A stretch of 63,634 bases of DNA, filler included, from Octopus bimaculoides (lineage: Eukaryota), in the NCBI RefSeq assembly GCF_001194135.2. It is 4 parts of 4 records of this genome, joined end to end, with 100 filler letters (N's around TTAATTAATTAA, not from the genome) between each part and the next. Parts side by side here need not be neighbours in the genome. Positions count along the whole stretch, not along the records: positions 32,356 to 59,908 come from NC_068989.1; 3 more parts are not named here. One strand, 5' to 3'. Both the position numbers and the translations under genes were made by a program. The notes beneath the pieces were generated by a model, which saw nothing but the letters and a program-made list of their open reading frames with translations, had not been told where the DNA came from and did not search any database. How positions within the stretch are numbered: position 1 is the first letter of the stretch; each line of letters opens with the position of its first letter. Of this stretch, positions 37,091-51,456 are shown one piece after another.

Positions 37091-39237
37091 NNNNNNNNNN
37101 NNNNNNNNNNNNNNNNNNNNNNNNNNNNNNNNNNNNNNNNNNNNNNNNNNNNNNNNNNNNNNNNNNNNNNNNNNNNNNNNNNNNNNNNNNNNNNNNNNNN
37201 NNNNNNNNNNNNNNNNNNNNNNNNNNNNNNNNNNNNNNNNNNNNNNNNNNNNNNNNNNNNNNNNNNNNNNNNNNNNNNNNNNNNNNNNNNNNNNNNNNNN
37301 NNNNNNNNNNNNNNNNNNNNNNNNNNNNNNNNNNNNNNNNNNNNNNNNNNNNNNNNNNNNNNNNNNNNNNNNNNNNNNNNNNNNNNNNNNNNNNNNNNNN
37401 NNNNNNNNNNNNNNNNNNNNNNNNNNNNNNNNNNNNNNNNNNNNNNNNNNNNNNNNNNNNNNNNNNNNNNNNNNNNNNNNNNNNNNNNNNNNNNNNNNNN
37501 NNNNNNNNNNNNNNNNNNNNNNNNNNNNNNNNNNNNNNNNNNNNNNNNNNNNNNNNNNNNNNNNNNNNNNNNNNNNNNNNNNNNNNNNNNNNNNNNNNNN
37601 NNNNNNNNNNNNNNNNNNNNNNNNNNNNNNNNNNTATTATAAATTTACGATTCCCTGCCCTTATTCTTGTATATATATATATATATATATATTTATATGT
37701 CGGGAGTGACTGTGTGGAAAGTAGCTTGCTTACGAACCACATGGTTCCGGGTTCAGTCGCACCGCGTGGCAACTTGGCAAGTGTCTTCTACTATAGCCTC
37801 GGGCCGACCAAAGCCTTGTGAGTAGATTTGTTAGACAGAAACTGAAAGAAGCCCGTCGTATATATGTATATATATGAATGTGTGTGTATATGTTTGTGTG
37901 TCTGTGTTTGTTCCCCCCACCCCAAAAAAAAACACATCGCTTGACAACCGATGCTGCTGTGTTTACGTCCCCGTAACTTAGAGGTTCGGCAAAAAAGACC
38001 GATAGAATAAGTACTAGGCTTACAAAGAATAAGTCCTAGGGTCGATTTACACAAGCACGGCCACAGTGAAATGACTGAAACAAGTAAAAGAGTAAAAGAG
38101 TATATATATAGTTTAACTGGAAAAATACAGAATTATCGGACTTATAAGCGCTCAAAATGTAATCAAATTTAGTTGAAAACCCTGCATGCATTGCTAGCAT
38201 TTAGTTATTTGGAGATGTTGAAAAAGTGTCTATTAATGCAATGTCGAAATAAATTTCAGTAATATGTATATAACTGTTTGGATATTGAAGTAGAATAGAC
38301 GAAGAATAATTGTTTGGTTTAATAAATATCAAATAAAATGAAACGGAGATTTACTTGAGATCACTGTCGTCGAATTAGAGCAGTTTGTGAAGTAGAAGTA
38401 CCCACTCGTACTCTTACTCGTCATGGCATTTTAAAGGTTAACTTTATGAAGGCTAATTTATGAAAACTAATATATAAAATGTAGTATATATAAGCGCAAA
38501 AAAGTATGTATATAAATGTATGAATGAAGTCTTTAAGGTTTAAGATTCAAATCAAGGAAGTGCAATAGTAAGGTTTAGCAGTTCAAAACTGTGAGTAGTG
38601 AAATGCAGAATTAGGTCTGCTGATCATGAGAATCAAATATTGATCGCTTCGCTAAAAACTGACAATTGTAAGTGTAGGTGCTATGGGTTACTTCCCTTGG
38701 GTACTTAAATAAAATATATTAGTTATATGTAGTAGATATAAGGATCCCTTCCAGGGGCCCTATTTTTGTTTGTTTTTTTTCAACAACCTAAGTAGGTTAC
38801 GAGGTTTCCAGACATGAGCTCTACTCACGTGTCAAGTTTCATCAAATCGATAAAACGGTGTCGGAGAAGATAGATAACAACACCACAAACAAACATACTG
38901 ATAGATTTCCACATATGTAGTANNNNNNNNNNNNNNNNNNNNNNNNNNNNNNNNNNNNNNNNNNNNNNNNNNNNNNNNNNNNNNNNNNNNNNNNNNNNNN
39001 NNNNNNNNNNNNNNNNNNNNNNNNNNNNNNNNNNNNNNNNNNNNNNNNNNNNNNNNNNNNNNNNNNNNNNNNNNNNNNNNNNNNNNNNNNNNNNNNNNNN
39101 NNNNNNNNNNNNNNNNNNNNNNNNNNNNNNNNNNNNNNNNNNNNNNNNNNNNNNNNNNNNNNNNNNNNNNNNNNNNNNNNNNNNNNNNNNNNNNNNNNNN
39201 NNNNNNNNNNNNNNNNNNNNNNNNNNNNNNNNNNNNN

Positions 39238-39269
<32 letters not shown>

Positions 39270-40280
39270 TCAGTTTCCGTCTACCAAATTCACTCGCAAG
39301 GCTTTAGTCGGCCCGAAGTCATACTACAAGATATTTGCCCAAAGTGCCACGCAGTAGGACCGAACCCGGAACCATATGGTTGGGAAACACGCTTTTTACC
39401 ACACACCCGCTCCTGCGCCTATATGTATATATAAATGCATTCATGCATTTATAGATAGATATATAGATATATTATCTGATATCTTCTGAGTAATAACCTC
39501 ATAACATGCATTTCAAAGTTCTTCTACGAATATCGGCTACCGTATGCTGTCGTACAGCAGAAATACTCCAATTACTGGATATACATTTTATATATTTTCT
39601 TTATATTATCTAAATCATTGATTTCTGCAAAGATTTTATATTCACGTAAATATTTCTTGAAAAATTAATTTCACCGTAAATTTATCAACTGCGCCAAACA
39701 AGTCAATTTGCAATAAATTTATTGTCAATTTTTCTTATTACAAATTGAGTTCTTTCTGTAGAAGACATTTGGAGTAAAATCTTCTTTACCCATTGCAAAT
39801 AGCATAAAATAAACCATTCGGTTCTTCTAAATTCCGGTTCTTCTAAATTCCGGTTCTTTCTCTGTGTGACATATTTTGAAATGTATGACGTGGTTCATTA
39901 TCTGTTGGAGTCACTCGTTGAGAAAGACGGAAGTGTAGTTGGTTTAGCCAGTGCATTGCCGTTAGAAACACACGTGCGTCGGGTCAGGATAACTTGTTGC
40001 TTAGCTATAAGCATTTTCATTTGGTATAATACGAATCCTATTTTAACGTGCTAAATAGATGAATGCATCAGGTATTTAATGTGTTAATGCTCTGTGTGTG
40101 ATATTATGCTCTTTTGTTTTGTCTTCCGGTGTGCTTTCTATATAGATCTTCTTTACGCATGGAATATTTTACTTTGCCTATGAAATTTTTCATCTTTCTG
40201 TGTGTGGATGCTTGTGTACAACACATATATACATTTACGTCCGTGTATGCATGTATATGTATGTATATTATATACATACA

Positions 40281-40333
<53 letters not shown>

Positions 40334-40993
40334 CAGAGAGACAGAGAANNNNNNNNNNNNNNNNNNNNNNNNNNNNNNNNNNNNNNNNNNNNNNNNNNNN
40401 NNNNNNNNNNNNNNNNNNNNNNNNNNNNNNNNNNNNNNNNNNNNNNNNNNNNNNNNNNNNNNNNNNNNNNNNNNNNNNNNNNNNNNNNNNNNNNNNNNNN
40501 NNNNNNNNNNNNNNNNNNNNNNNNNNNNNNNNNNNNNNNNNNNNNNNNNNNNNNNNNNNNNNNNNNNNNNNNNNNNNNNNNNNNNNNNNNNNNNNNNNNN
40601 NNNNNNNNNNNNNNNNNNNNNNNNNNNNNNNNNNNNNNNNNNNNNNNNNNNNNNNNNNNNNNNNNNNNNNNNNNNNNNNNNNNNNNNNNNNNNNNNNNNN
40701 NNNNNNNNNNNNNNNNNNNNNNNNNNNNNNNNNNNNNNNNNNNNNNNNNNNNNNNNNNNNNNNNNNNNNNNNNNNNNNNNNNNNNNNNNNNNNNNNNNNN
40801 NNNNNNNNNNNNNNNNNNNNNNNNNNNNNNNNNNNNNNNNNNNNNNNNNNNNNNNNNNNNNNNNNNNNNNNNNNNNNNNNNNNNNNNNNNNNNNNNNNNN
40901 NNNNNNNNNNNNNNNNNNNNNNNNNNNNNNNNNNNNNNNNNNNNNNNNNNNNNNNNNNNNNNNNNNNNNNNNNNNNNNNNNNNNNNNNNNNNN

Positions 40994-41070
<77 letters not shown>

Positions 41071-41186
41071 CAGAGAGACAGAGAATTATACACTACATGC
41101 AATCATATATGCATACATGTTACCATAAAGACAGATAAATAGGTAGACAGACAGACAAATTACATAGATACAGAGAGACAGACAGG

Positions 41187-41250
<64 letters not shown>

Positions 41251-41375
41251 AAGATAGATAGATAGATAGATAGAATTATACATAGTGTTTGAACCAGTTT
41301 GTAAATAACTGCGTATGTCTGTGTTACGTTATTTGGATATCAGCGAAGGAATTGGTCTACGTTTGTGCGAGAGAA

Positions 41376-41463
<88 letters not shown>

Positions 41464-42013
41464 TGTGTGTGTGTGTAGGTGTGTGTATGTGACAGTTATT
41501 TATAAGTCAAAGTTACTTTCATTTGTAATAAATTTGCCTTTGTTATATGTGGAATATAATTATGTAATTACGTGTTTATACATCAGCCGATCTCTTTGTG
41601 TGTGGGACTGTATGGGTATGTTTATGTGTGTGTATGTCTATGTTGACAAGTGTGAGTGTATCTATGTGTCTGAGTGTGTGCATGTGTGTGTGAGTGCATG
41701 CGTGTGTAAATGTTTGTGCACGGTGTGTGTGTGCGTATTCAAGTAAGTGGATGTGTTTTGTATAGGTGTACCCGTACGTACCCCTATATATGTTTTTTCT
41801 TTCTTTCTTTCTCACCCTCTGTCTGTAATGTCTGTCTATCTGTCTCTCTCTATCACCGTCCACACACACAAAGTAGCTCCTCTTCATTGGCTCTTAGGTC
41901 TCCATGCCGGGTTTTAATGTTAACAAGTGCAGAGTATTCTGTGTGTAGACACATGTGTGCTCCAGAATGAACGTGTATGCGTACAAACATTTGTGTGTCT
42001 TTGTATATGAGTG

Positions 42014-42046
<33 letters not shown>

Positions 42047-42507
42047 NNNNNNNNNNNNNNNNNNNNNNNNNNNNNNNNNNNNNNNNNNNNNNNNNNNNNN
42101 NNNNNNNNNNNNNNNNNNNNNNNNNNNNNNNNNNNNNNNNNNNNNNNNNNNNNNNNNNNNNNNNNNNNNNNNNNNNNNNNNNNNNNNNNNNNNNNNNNNA
42201 TATATATGTATGTATATATGCATGTATGCATGTATGTAATAATGTATGTATGTATGCATGTCTGCATGTATGTATGTGTGCATGTTTGCATGTGTGTCGT
42301 GTACGTGTGTGCGCTCTGCGTGCATGATAACTATTTTTCTTTCCCTGTAGTGTCATCGGAACTACAAACACATACATCTACTGAAATGCATAGACATCTG
42401 TTTATATACATACATACGTACCTACATACATACACACATACATACATATCTGCATTCTGTAAATGCATTTAAGCATGTATATATGTACACACACATATAC
42501 ATATGTT

Positions 42508-42546
<39 letters not shown>

Positions 42547-43234
42547 TTGTGTGTGTGCGTGTGAACAAATATGTATATGTAAGTGTATGTGTATGTATAT
42601 ATATCTATGTCTTATGTATATGCACGTGTGTTTGTTGTTTATATTGTTAATGGTTAATGTAATCAAGTGCACACTCGTACACACATACATATTCCCACCT
42701 ACGCACACCGATTAGCTTCGTTTGCTTTTATTACAAACACCTACATATCAACACTACCATACATACACACGCATACGTAAGTGCATATATACCTGCCTAC
42801 ATACAATATACATATATGCGCACCTACACATATGTCTAAACATACATTCACACGAACCCTCGCTGGAAACCAAGTACTTTCATATTCGACGCCATATTGG
42901 AAAATGTCTTCTTGTATAGATTCTTAGTTACAATAATTGTCAGTAGAACGCGGTAAGCTTGCAGAAACGTTGGCACATCGGCGAAATGCTTAGTGGTATT
43001 TAGTCTGTCTTTACGCTCTGAGTTCAAATTCCACCGAGGTCGACTTTGCCTTTTATCCTTTCGGGTTGATTAATTAAGTACCAGTTGCGTTCTGTGATCG
43101 ATCCAATCGACTGGCCCCCTCCCTCAAAATTTCGGGCCTTGTGACAAGAGTAGATAAGAATAATTTGTCAGTATAATTTGGTAGACAGAAAAATGCTCAA
43201 AACTTTGTCGTATATACATAGACAGGTATATATC

Positions 43235-43271
<37 letters not shown>

Positions 43272-43605
43272 GCACACACACATACATGCATATATGTACG
43301 TGTATCTCTTTCTTCTCTTACTTGTCTCAGTCATTAGACTGCGGCCTTGCTGGGGCACTGTCTCAAAGTATATTTAATCGAACGAATCGACCCCAATACT
43401 TTTTTTATATATATTTTCATGCCTCGTACTTATTATTTCTGTCTCTGATGCAGAAGTGATAAGTTACGGGGACGCAAACTAACCAACACCGGTTGTCAAG
43501 CAGNNNNNNNNNNNNNNNNNNNNNNNNNNNNNNNNNNNNNNNNNNNNNNNNNNNNNNNNNNNNNNNNNNNNNNNNNNNNNNNNNNNNNNNNNNNNNNNNN
43601 NNNNN

Positions 43606-43636
<31 letters not shown>

Positions 43637-43644
43637 TATACATA

Positions 43645-43863
43645 CAGTCATCCCTCGACTATCGCGGGTATTACGTTCCAACACCCCACCCCGCGATAGG
43701 TGAAAATCCGCGAAGTAGAAATAGTATAGTATATTTTTTATTATCATTTACAATTTGTAAATATTTACTTTATTATAAATGCAAAACAACACCACGGAGG
43801 AATCGACGTAGGCTTAAATAACAAACCGCGATAGTTGAAGCGCGATATGACGAGGGATCTCTG
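43645..43863. mobile_element. Complete 219-bp Tigger/pogo-like MITE
   Basis: TA|CAGTCATCCCTCG ... CGAGGGATCTCTG|TA: TIRs with TA TSD. Confidence 0.88.
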
Positions 43864-45204
43864 TATATATTTCTCAGATTCCGTTATAGGTAGGATGGAC
43901 GGAAAATAAAATCTATCCAGTGAGAGACAGATATCATTGAACTGAGACAATTTACAAAAGAGCTATTAAATGCTGTAGGGTTACAAGAATTTGGCAGATT
44001 TATTATAAAACATGCCATGTTATCTCGAAGCAATCTCTCAGACTCAGTGTTTTGAAAACCAGGACGCTGGGCTATGAGAAAACATGAGAAAAAAACGGGC
44101 GGTAAAACGGCGTGAATGTCTTTGTGTTTGGGTTTATGTTTGTCCCTATCACCGCTTGACAACGGGTAATGATTTTCCTACGTTCCCATAACTTAGCAGT
44201 TCGGTAAAAGTTACCGATAAAAATGTACCAGTGTCAAAAATAAGTACCAGGTTTGAATTGTTCGTCTAAAACCTCGAAGGCGGTGCCCCAGCATGGCCAC
44301 ATTCTAATGACTGAAACAAGTAAAAAATAAAAAGATAATGGAAATATAAAGACCCAAACCATCGAATCTCTCTTAAAGAGAGTGAAAAAAAATAAGGGAC
44401 CAAAAAGGAATGAAAGCTATTTTTGGCGCCATATCTGAAAGAATTCGTGGCGTAAGAGCGAATGCGATAACAAAAATGTACGCGCGTTCTCTGCATTATT
44501 GCCATACATGGTGAGAGAAAAATATCGATTATAATTCTTAATTATTTTAAATTGCATTATTATCATAAATTGTATTAATTTTGATTCGTATTGTTAAAAT
44601 TTGAATTGGATAATAACAAACATTTTACAAGTGTTTTTTGGCGTTCTTGTACATAGTGACAGACAAGTATCGATTGCAATTTTTGATTAACCTAAATTAC
44701 ATTATTATCATAAATTATATTAAATTGTATTAATTTTATTTCGAATGTTGAAAAAAAAATTGCGTATTAAATTGTATTATCATAATTTATTTTAAATTTT
44801 ATTTATTTCGATTTGTATTGTTCCCATTTTTCTTTTCTTCCAGTCGAGATCTGAATTTAAATATCAATGCATGCAGAAACATTTGAATGTCGTTAAATGC
44901 ACTAAAATCTAAATATTGCTGCATGCAAAAATATTTGAATATTTCTGCATGAAGAAAAAAAAATGAATTCGTATTGCTGCATGAGCAAATAATATTTTGG
45001 GAAGCATTCAGATTGATACCATCATAATGTATTTGCCAGTGTATAAAAAAACGCACTGTCACATAAGACAAACCTCGACTTTTGTACTGGTGAGGTGGTG
45101 GTAGAAAAAACAGTAATTTTTGGGGAAGAAACAAATTTGATATCTTTCATCATACGCTCTTACACTAGAGTATCTCTTCCATTATTCGGTTGCATTAGAC
45201 GCAT

Positions 45205-45390
45205 AGCGGCGAGCTGGCAGAAACGTTAGCACGCCGGGCAAAGTGCTTAGCGAATTTTCATCTGTCATTACGTTCTGAGTTCAAAAGCCGTCGGGGTCGA
45301 CTTTGACTTTCATCTTTTCGGGGTCAATAAATTAAGTACTAATCACGCACTGGGGTCGATGTAATCGACTTAATCCCTTCCCCCAAATTG
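45205..45390 (+). mobile_element. SINE family 2 (tRNA-derived; GGCGAGCTGGCAGAAACGTTAGC...GAGTTCAAA)
   Basis: A/B-box-like motifs and shared body GTCGACTTTG...AAGTAC...GGGGTCGATGTAATCGACT. Other copies: ~1020-1225(+), 5700-5880(-), 19130-19300(-), 20755-20935(+), 25388-25760(- pieces), 28670-29010(+), 31465-31675(+), 31980-32180(+), 42945-43165(+), 50225-50400(+), 53862-54285(+, two in tandem). Confidence 0.85.
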
Positions 45391-45567
45391 TCCTCATCTT
45401 GGAGGGTATATCAGCCGAAACACACATATATATACATGCATACATAGAAGAATACCCTGTTGTTGATATTGAAATTCCAATGAAGGACCCTTGGATCCAG
45501 GTTAGAAACCGGCTCTTTGTCAATTGGCAAGAAATCTTGAACTAAAACTGAAGAATGACATACATGC

Positions 45568-45662
<95 letters not shown>

Positions 45663-46660
45663 GAAAGAGGAAAGAGAGTGTGTGAGAGAGCTGTAGCAGA
45701 GAGGTGTTCGTGTAAATGTACTTATGCAAGAATGTGTGTGTATATTCAAGTTTGTGGATGTATGTACAAGTGTGGTTTTATTTGCTGCACGGACGTGTGT
45801 TCTGGTATGCATCTGTACTTGATTACTTGGAGCACTCCCACAACACACACATACGCGGGCGCGCGCAATAAATTAGTTGCTACACCCTGGGTCTGTGTGT
45901 ATTGAGAGTGTGCTAATAATAAAATGTGTATGTTATTTCTATCAGTTAGTGGCTACATTCTGTCTGTCAGTGTCTCTATTCAGACTTGGACAGTGTTATC
46001 AATGCCATATTTAAAAACAAAACTGCATGAGCTAATGGTTTTGCCTGTATGTCAAACATCGCCATATTAGAAATAGCAGTCAAATCATCCTCAAATCATT
46101 CACTATGACTTAAAAGAAAGAATGGCACGTAAAACCCATCCCGAAACCTAGGGGTTGCGTCATAAATTGGTTTGCAAAATAAATACGAAAAGTTTGCGAA
46201 GACGGTAAATTTTCCTTTTGAACTAGTTGATGAAATGTAAAATTACCGTAAAAATGCATGGTGCCCTCTGGATGGCCATTACTACAAAGGTGCGGAAGTT
46301 TCTCCTCACAGCATGAGGTGGGATTAGAAATTTGAATTCGAGATAACGATTACATTAAGGATACAAGGAATTCATATATATATATATATATATAATCTAT
46401 GGTGAAGTTTTTACAAAATGTCGTTAAGGGTAACCATTTAAGTTTCTGTTTCATCCATTTTAAGAATATTCAGTATGCGTTAATTAGATGTTTTAAAGAT
46501 GAATATTACAATTGAATTAAAGATGAATTTAAATATCTTATCCAATAAGCCATGAGCATAGAAGCCACGTTGCAGCATCTACTGCAAATAAGATCAACAA
46601 AGTTAGAAAATTACTATTTGTAAATCTCAAAACAAGAGATATTCAGCAACAGTACTTTGG

Positions 46661-46913
46661 AGTAAAGATTGTTTGCCAACATAACTTGGCAGTCCTGGTT
46701 TAGGACTAGTGTTGCTGTAATTTAGCCCCAGGAGACATCGCCTCCAGCTGACTATAAGACACGATCTGTGTCCCTATACGACACGATCTGTGTCGTATAG
46801 GGACACAGATCGTGTCTTATAGTCAGCCAGAGACGATGTCTCCTGGGGCTAAATTACAGCAACACTAGTCCTAAACCAGGACTGCCATGTTATTCTGGCA
46901 AACAATCTCTACT
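46661..46913. repeat. 253-bp near-perfect palindrome (~124-bp arms, 5-nt loop GATCT)
   Basis: Symmetric about 46787. The left arm belongs to the repeat family also seen at 49770-49900 and 50100-50190. Confidence 0.95.
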
Positions 46914-49010
46914 ACAAGATTATAAAATCTTAATTAGATTCCAATGTAATATAGTTGGTTGACTAAAACTGATCCTGAGCAAGACTAAAACTTTATTTGC
47001 AAAGTGCCATAAAGTGAACTCGTGTCTACAGACTTAATTTTTGGCCGAGTTGTTTTAATTATTTTTTTTCTATCAGTCGGTGTTTAGTGCGAAGCTGTAT
47101 CAATTGGTATGCCTAATTGCTTGCAATAGCAGCTTATATAGCAACAGCAGTGGTTAATTCCAACAGCTAGCAGCTCGATGATAACATAGACACTTCACTC
47201 TGCTATGCAACGGATCAACAACAGATGTGCCTTTGCAGCCAGCAGCTTTTACTGTCAAATCGTCCAACAACTTTCAGCCCGTAGCTTTCGCTGACAAATA
47301 TCTCCTGTAGATTACATTCTTCGGTATTCGTAATATGAGCAAAATAGAACATAAAGTTCTACAATGTGGACTAAATTATATTATTTTCCACTTCTCTCAT
47401 TGAAAGCACGCAGTAACTGAATTGTAATAGCAAACATATTCGTCCATTTTGTACAAATTATTTTCGCTGACTCACTTGCACGTTAACACGTTCATTTATG
47501 TCTATCTACACGTATGAATTCTTAAGACATTTCTGCGTAAACATCTTCATGCGTACATACACATATAAGTGTGTGCATGTGCGTGTGTGTGTATGTGTAT
47601 GTGTATGTGTGCATGTGTGTTTGCTAACACACACACACACAGTTAGTTATATCTACACACACACGTATGTGCGTGAGTGTATCATCACTCGTTCTAAAAT
47701 TTTCAGTAATATTTTATTGTATTTCAAACAACATTTCTTGACGCCGAACTTAAATTTTTATCTTGTCAATCAGACTTGTTACAGTAAAATTAACTTATCA
47801 GCAAGAAGGGAATATATTTTTTCCATTCTTTGCTTATAATTAAATAAAATAACTTTATTGATTTTATTCTACATCACGTCTTTTGGTTGAATTTATATTG
47901 TTAAACACGCTGTAAAATAGTGTGTAGATAGAAGTGAGCCAGCGGCTCGATATTAGATGAAAAAACACTACAAAGATCTGCTGAAGAATTCTTCTTTGAT
48001 GTGCTTAACATCGACCGTGCTACGAAGAAGATCTTTACACAAGGCCTAATCTAACATGGTGCAGCTATTTACATTATAAAAGTTGCTGCTTCTTTCGAAC
48101 AAAGCACAGCTACATATTCTCCCGCAAAAAAAAGGGAGAAAACGCCTCCACCATTCTTCTCATGTTGGTGAACTACATAGACCTGTCAGTAATGTAGGAG
48201 AACTTTTGAAGTCCTCATCGAATTCTTCTAACGGCATCTAAATACAATGCTAACAATATCCTTGTTCATGAGGCTCTTTTTTTTTTTTCCATCTTCAAGA
48301 ATGAATGCCAAACAGAAACAACGGCAGAAACAAGATTTTTATCAGTTATATTTGCCATTTTCTGCATTTTTTCATGAAGCAATTCATAAAAACATACTCA
48401 CGTTTACGTAATGTTTCCCAACACATCCCGTTTCAAAACCCACTGCACGCCACTGATATAAATACAAACATACATAACATATAGACAAAATGTATACATT
48501 CAGCAGTGCTATATTTACAAATATTCCTGCTAATGCACATCTCTACACAACTGTTATCAGTTTTATATTTTGTATGCTTTGTTGTTGAGGTTTGTTTTCA
48601 TTGTTAATCAAAGACTTTCTGCCTGTGGCCATCCCATGTTTCAAGGCTCAGTATACCTAGGATTACATTATTCATTGTATCACTCCTGTTTAAGAGGGAA
48701 GAATGGTTTTATGAACATCTGGTTGTTGATTTTTTTCTTTTTTCTAGCAGTTGAAACAATTACGTAGTGAACCCTTCGTTGGAACATGTACATGTCTTTA
48801 ACAAACCGTTTAAACGTCACGCAATGGTAGATACCGAAGTCTTATAAGTTTATCTTTTACAACATAACATTAAGGAACATAACTAAAGAAATACATAATA
48901 ACTCCAGGCACGGCTGTGTGGATATGAAACTTGCTTCCCAGGGACATGGTTTTGCGTTCAGTTCCGCCTTGGGCAAATGTCTTCCATCATAGCTGCGGTC
49001 CAACCATATA

Positions 49011-49062
<52 letters not shown>

Positions 49063-49764
49063 TATATATATGAATTACGCATGCGCGCGTGTTATCTGTA
49101 ACATGTGTTTGTATATTACTCTCTCCTATAAAATCTTACGTCTTAAGATTTATGATGTATCACAGAGTAACATAGGGTGGAACATACTCCATGATCAAAA
49201 ACTATAGAAGCAAATATGGATCTATACGACCACGCTGACTTTACGAAGAATATTCCGACTCCGTCTAATAAGCACAAGAAGCCAGCATGTGCATGGAAAG
49301 CTTTCTTCTATGATTCAGTGAGATCATCTGCGCACTCAACGATTGTACAAAGACATGTTACGTCCCCAAAGATTAAAGTGTTAGAAACATTTGAAGCCAA
49401 TTTGTAATATTGAATCTAGTATAAATTTTCTTCGGAACATCAATACTTTCCAAAACATTAAGAACTTAAAGAGAAAATTTCCAAAAGCGCTCATTCTTAT
49501 ATAAACGTTTATAAAGTAGAAAACATTATCTTTAACCAGCTTCTAAATAAGAACATTTCCTCAAATTATAAAAAGATTAGTGAACAGACAATATGATAAT
49601 ATTGAAGTAAAATATAGGACGTCGAATTATATTAAACACTAAACAAAAAATGTATTACTAAACGAGAAACTTACGTCATGCTCAAAAACCATAACAATAA
49701 TTTCACATCCAGGCCTGAATGCAGTTTAATGAACCTGCAAATTTCAAGATTACATTATTTACTA

Positions 49765-50192
49765 ACTAAATTTTAATTGGAGTAAAGATTGTTTGCCAAC
49801 ATAGCATGGCAGTCCTGGTTTAGGACGAATGTTGCTATAATTTAGCCCCAGGGTACGTAATCTCCAGCTGGCTATACGACATGTTCTGTGTCCTTATATT
49901 TTTGAACAAGGGAATCTAGCACCCCCACTCAGCTCGAAACAATATCTGTGTATCGCGATTTCCGGGTTATTTCCTTTCATCAACACAGTATAATTGTTCG
50001 GCTAGAGGTGGCGCTGCCAAATTCCCGTTCGAAATATATAATTTTCAAAGTGACATCTATAAATTAGAAACTTACTATTTTTAAATCTCACAACGAGAGA
50101 TTTGCCATGTTATGTTGGCAAGCAATCTTTACTCCAAAGTACTGTTGCTGAATATCTCTTGTGAGATTTAAAAATAGTAATTTTCTAAATTT
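49765..50192. mobile_element. Penelope-type pseudo-LTR family copy with hammerhead-like fold and foldback
   Basis: Homologous to 46596-46780. Minus-strand hammerhead-like fold at 49946-49988; inverted arms 50063-50101 and 50154-50190. Confidence 0.6.
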
Positions 50193-50514
50193 AAATTATT
50201 TGAGATTAATAGCAATTAAGTCAGGACAGCGAGCGGGCAGAATAGTTAGCACATCGGACAAAATGCTTGACAGCATTTCGTCCGGCTTTACGTTCTGAGT
50301 TCAAATTCTGCAAAGATCGACTTTACCTTTCAACATTTCGGGATCGATAAAATAAGTACCAGTTGAACACAATGGTCAGTGTAAAGGACTAACCACCTCT
50401 CATCGGACTACATATTCTTGTTAAACTCAAAAAGAAATGCACCACAATGTAAGCCTACACAAAGACGAAGGATTATCCATCTCAACACGCCAATCACCTC
50501 ACATTAGAGGCTTT

Positions 50515-50810
50515 ATTTAGCCTAAGGCCCTTCTGCGCCGCCCAGCGCTTTTAACAGTAAGCCTCTTCCACTAGGTTCGGTTGGCTGCTACTCTTACAAA
50601 CCCATTCCACGTAATGTCGACTGTTTTCAAGTCATCTTGAAATGTCCACTGTCAAAAGACCTTAGGCCTTACTGTTTTAAACTCACCATCAGGTAGTACC
50701 CAAGTCATGACTGTTTTTGAGTGTAGTTGATCGGCTGGACAGAGAATGTGACCAGCCTGGCGGAATCGGTGCTCTGCTACTATCACTTGCCGGATGCTAT
50801 ATGACATGGC
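50515..50810 (-). mobile_element. RTE LINE 3' end
   Basis: RFRQAGHIL...KTVMTW..PDG...RPK..WT.QDDLK...W..FVRVAANRT*WKRL, a degenerate RTE C-terminus. Confidence 0.75.
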
Positions 50811-50849
50811 AATGTTCTAATATTGTAATGTAGCAAATGTTGCAACAAA

Positions 50850-51405
50850 ATACAAGAATGTTTGAACTTTTGTGGCTGCCGGAAAGAAAGATCGAAAGTG
50901 AATGGAACACTTTCAAGAAGCTCTCAACCAGCCAGCCTCGACTACTCGTTCCTCTTGAAACCGGCCATGAATAACAACATGGCTGCAGGACTGGACGCCA
51001 TCGCGGCAGAATTGTTGAAGAATGGTGGTGGCAGTATAGTTGCAGCATTAATAAAACTGTTCGCAGGAAGAACAAGCTCTTCAAGACTGGCAACAAGGAG
51101 TTATTGTGAAATTACCGAAGTAGGAAAACCAGACAGACTGTAATAAGCTGGAGAGGCATCAAACTGCTGTCGATTCCGAGTTGGGTGTTTTGCACAGTGT
51201 TACTGGGAAGACTGTGATACAGACTAGATTTTGTTCTGTGCGAAGAACAGGTTGGCTTCCAAAGCAACTGGTCGGTCACAAAACAGGTCTTCCATCTTGG
51301 GAACATAAGTCAGCAGTCACTCGAGTAACCAGAATCCACTAATAGTCGACTTCATCTACTTCTAGAAGGCTTTTCACAGTATGCATAGGGAATCCCTCTG
51401 GAACT
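50850..51405 (+). mobile_element. RTE LINE RT N-terminal fragment, inverted relative to the adjacent 3' end
   Basis: AAGLDAIAAELLKNGG, WRGIKLLSIP, EEQVGF, VDFIYF*KAFHSMHRESLW: RT domains 0-3 with frameshifts. Confidence 0.8.
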
Positions 51406-51456
51406 TTGGAGACCCTAAGAATAGAGAATTTATAAACATCTTTAATAATTATTTAC

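Noticed and set aside
39819-39857. 16-bp tandem duplication
   Set aside because: Ordinary slippage duplication.
45470-45530. Hammerhead-like CCAATGA...GAAACCGG
   Set aside because: Two core changes and no convincing helix I; at most a decayed remnant.
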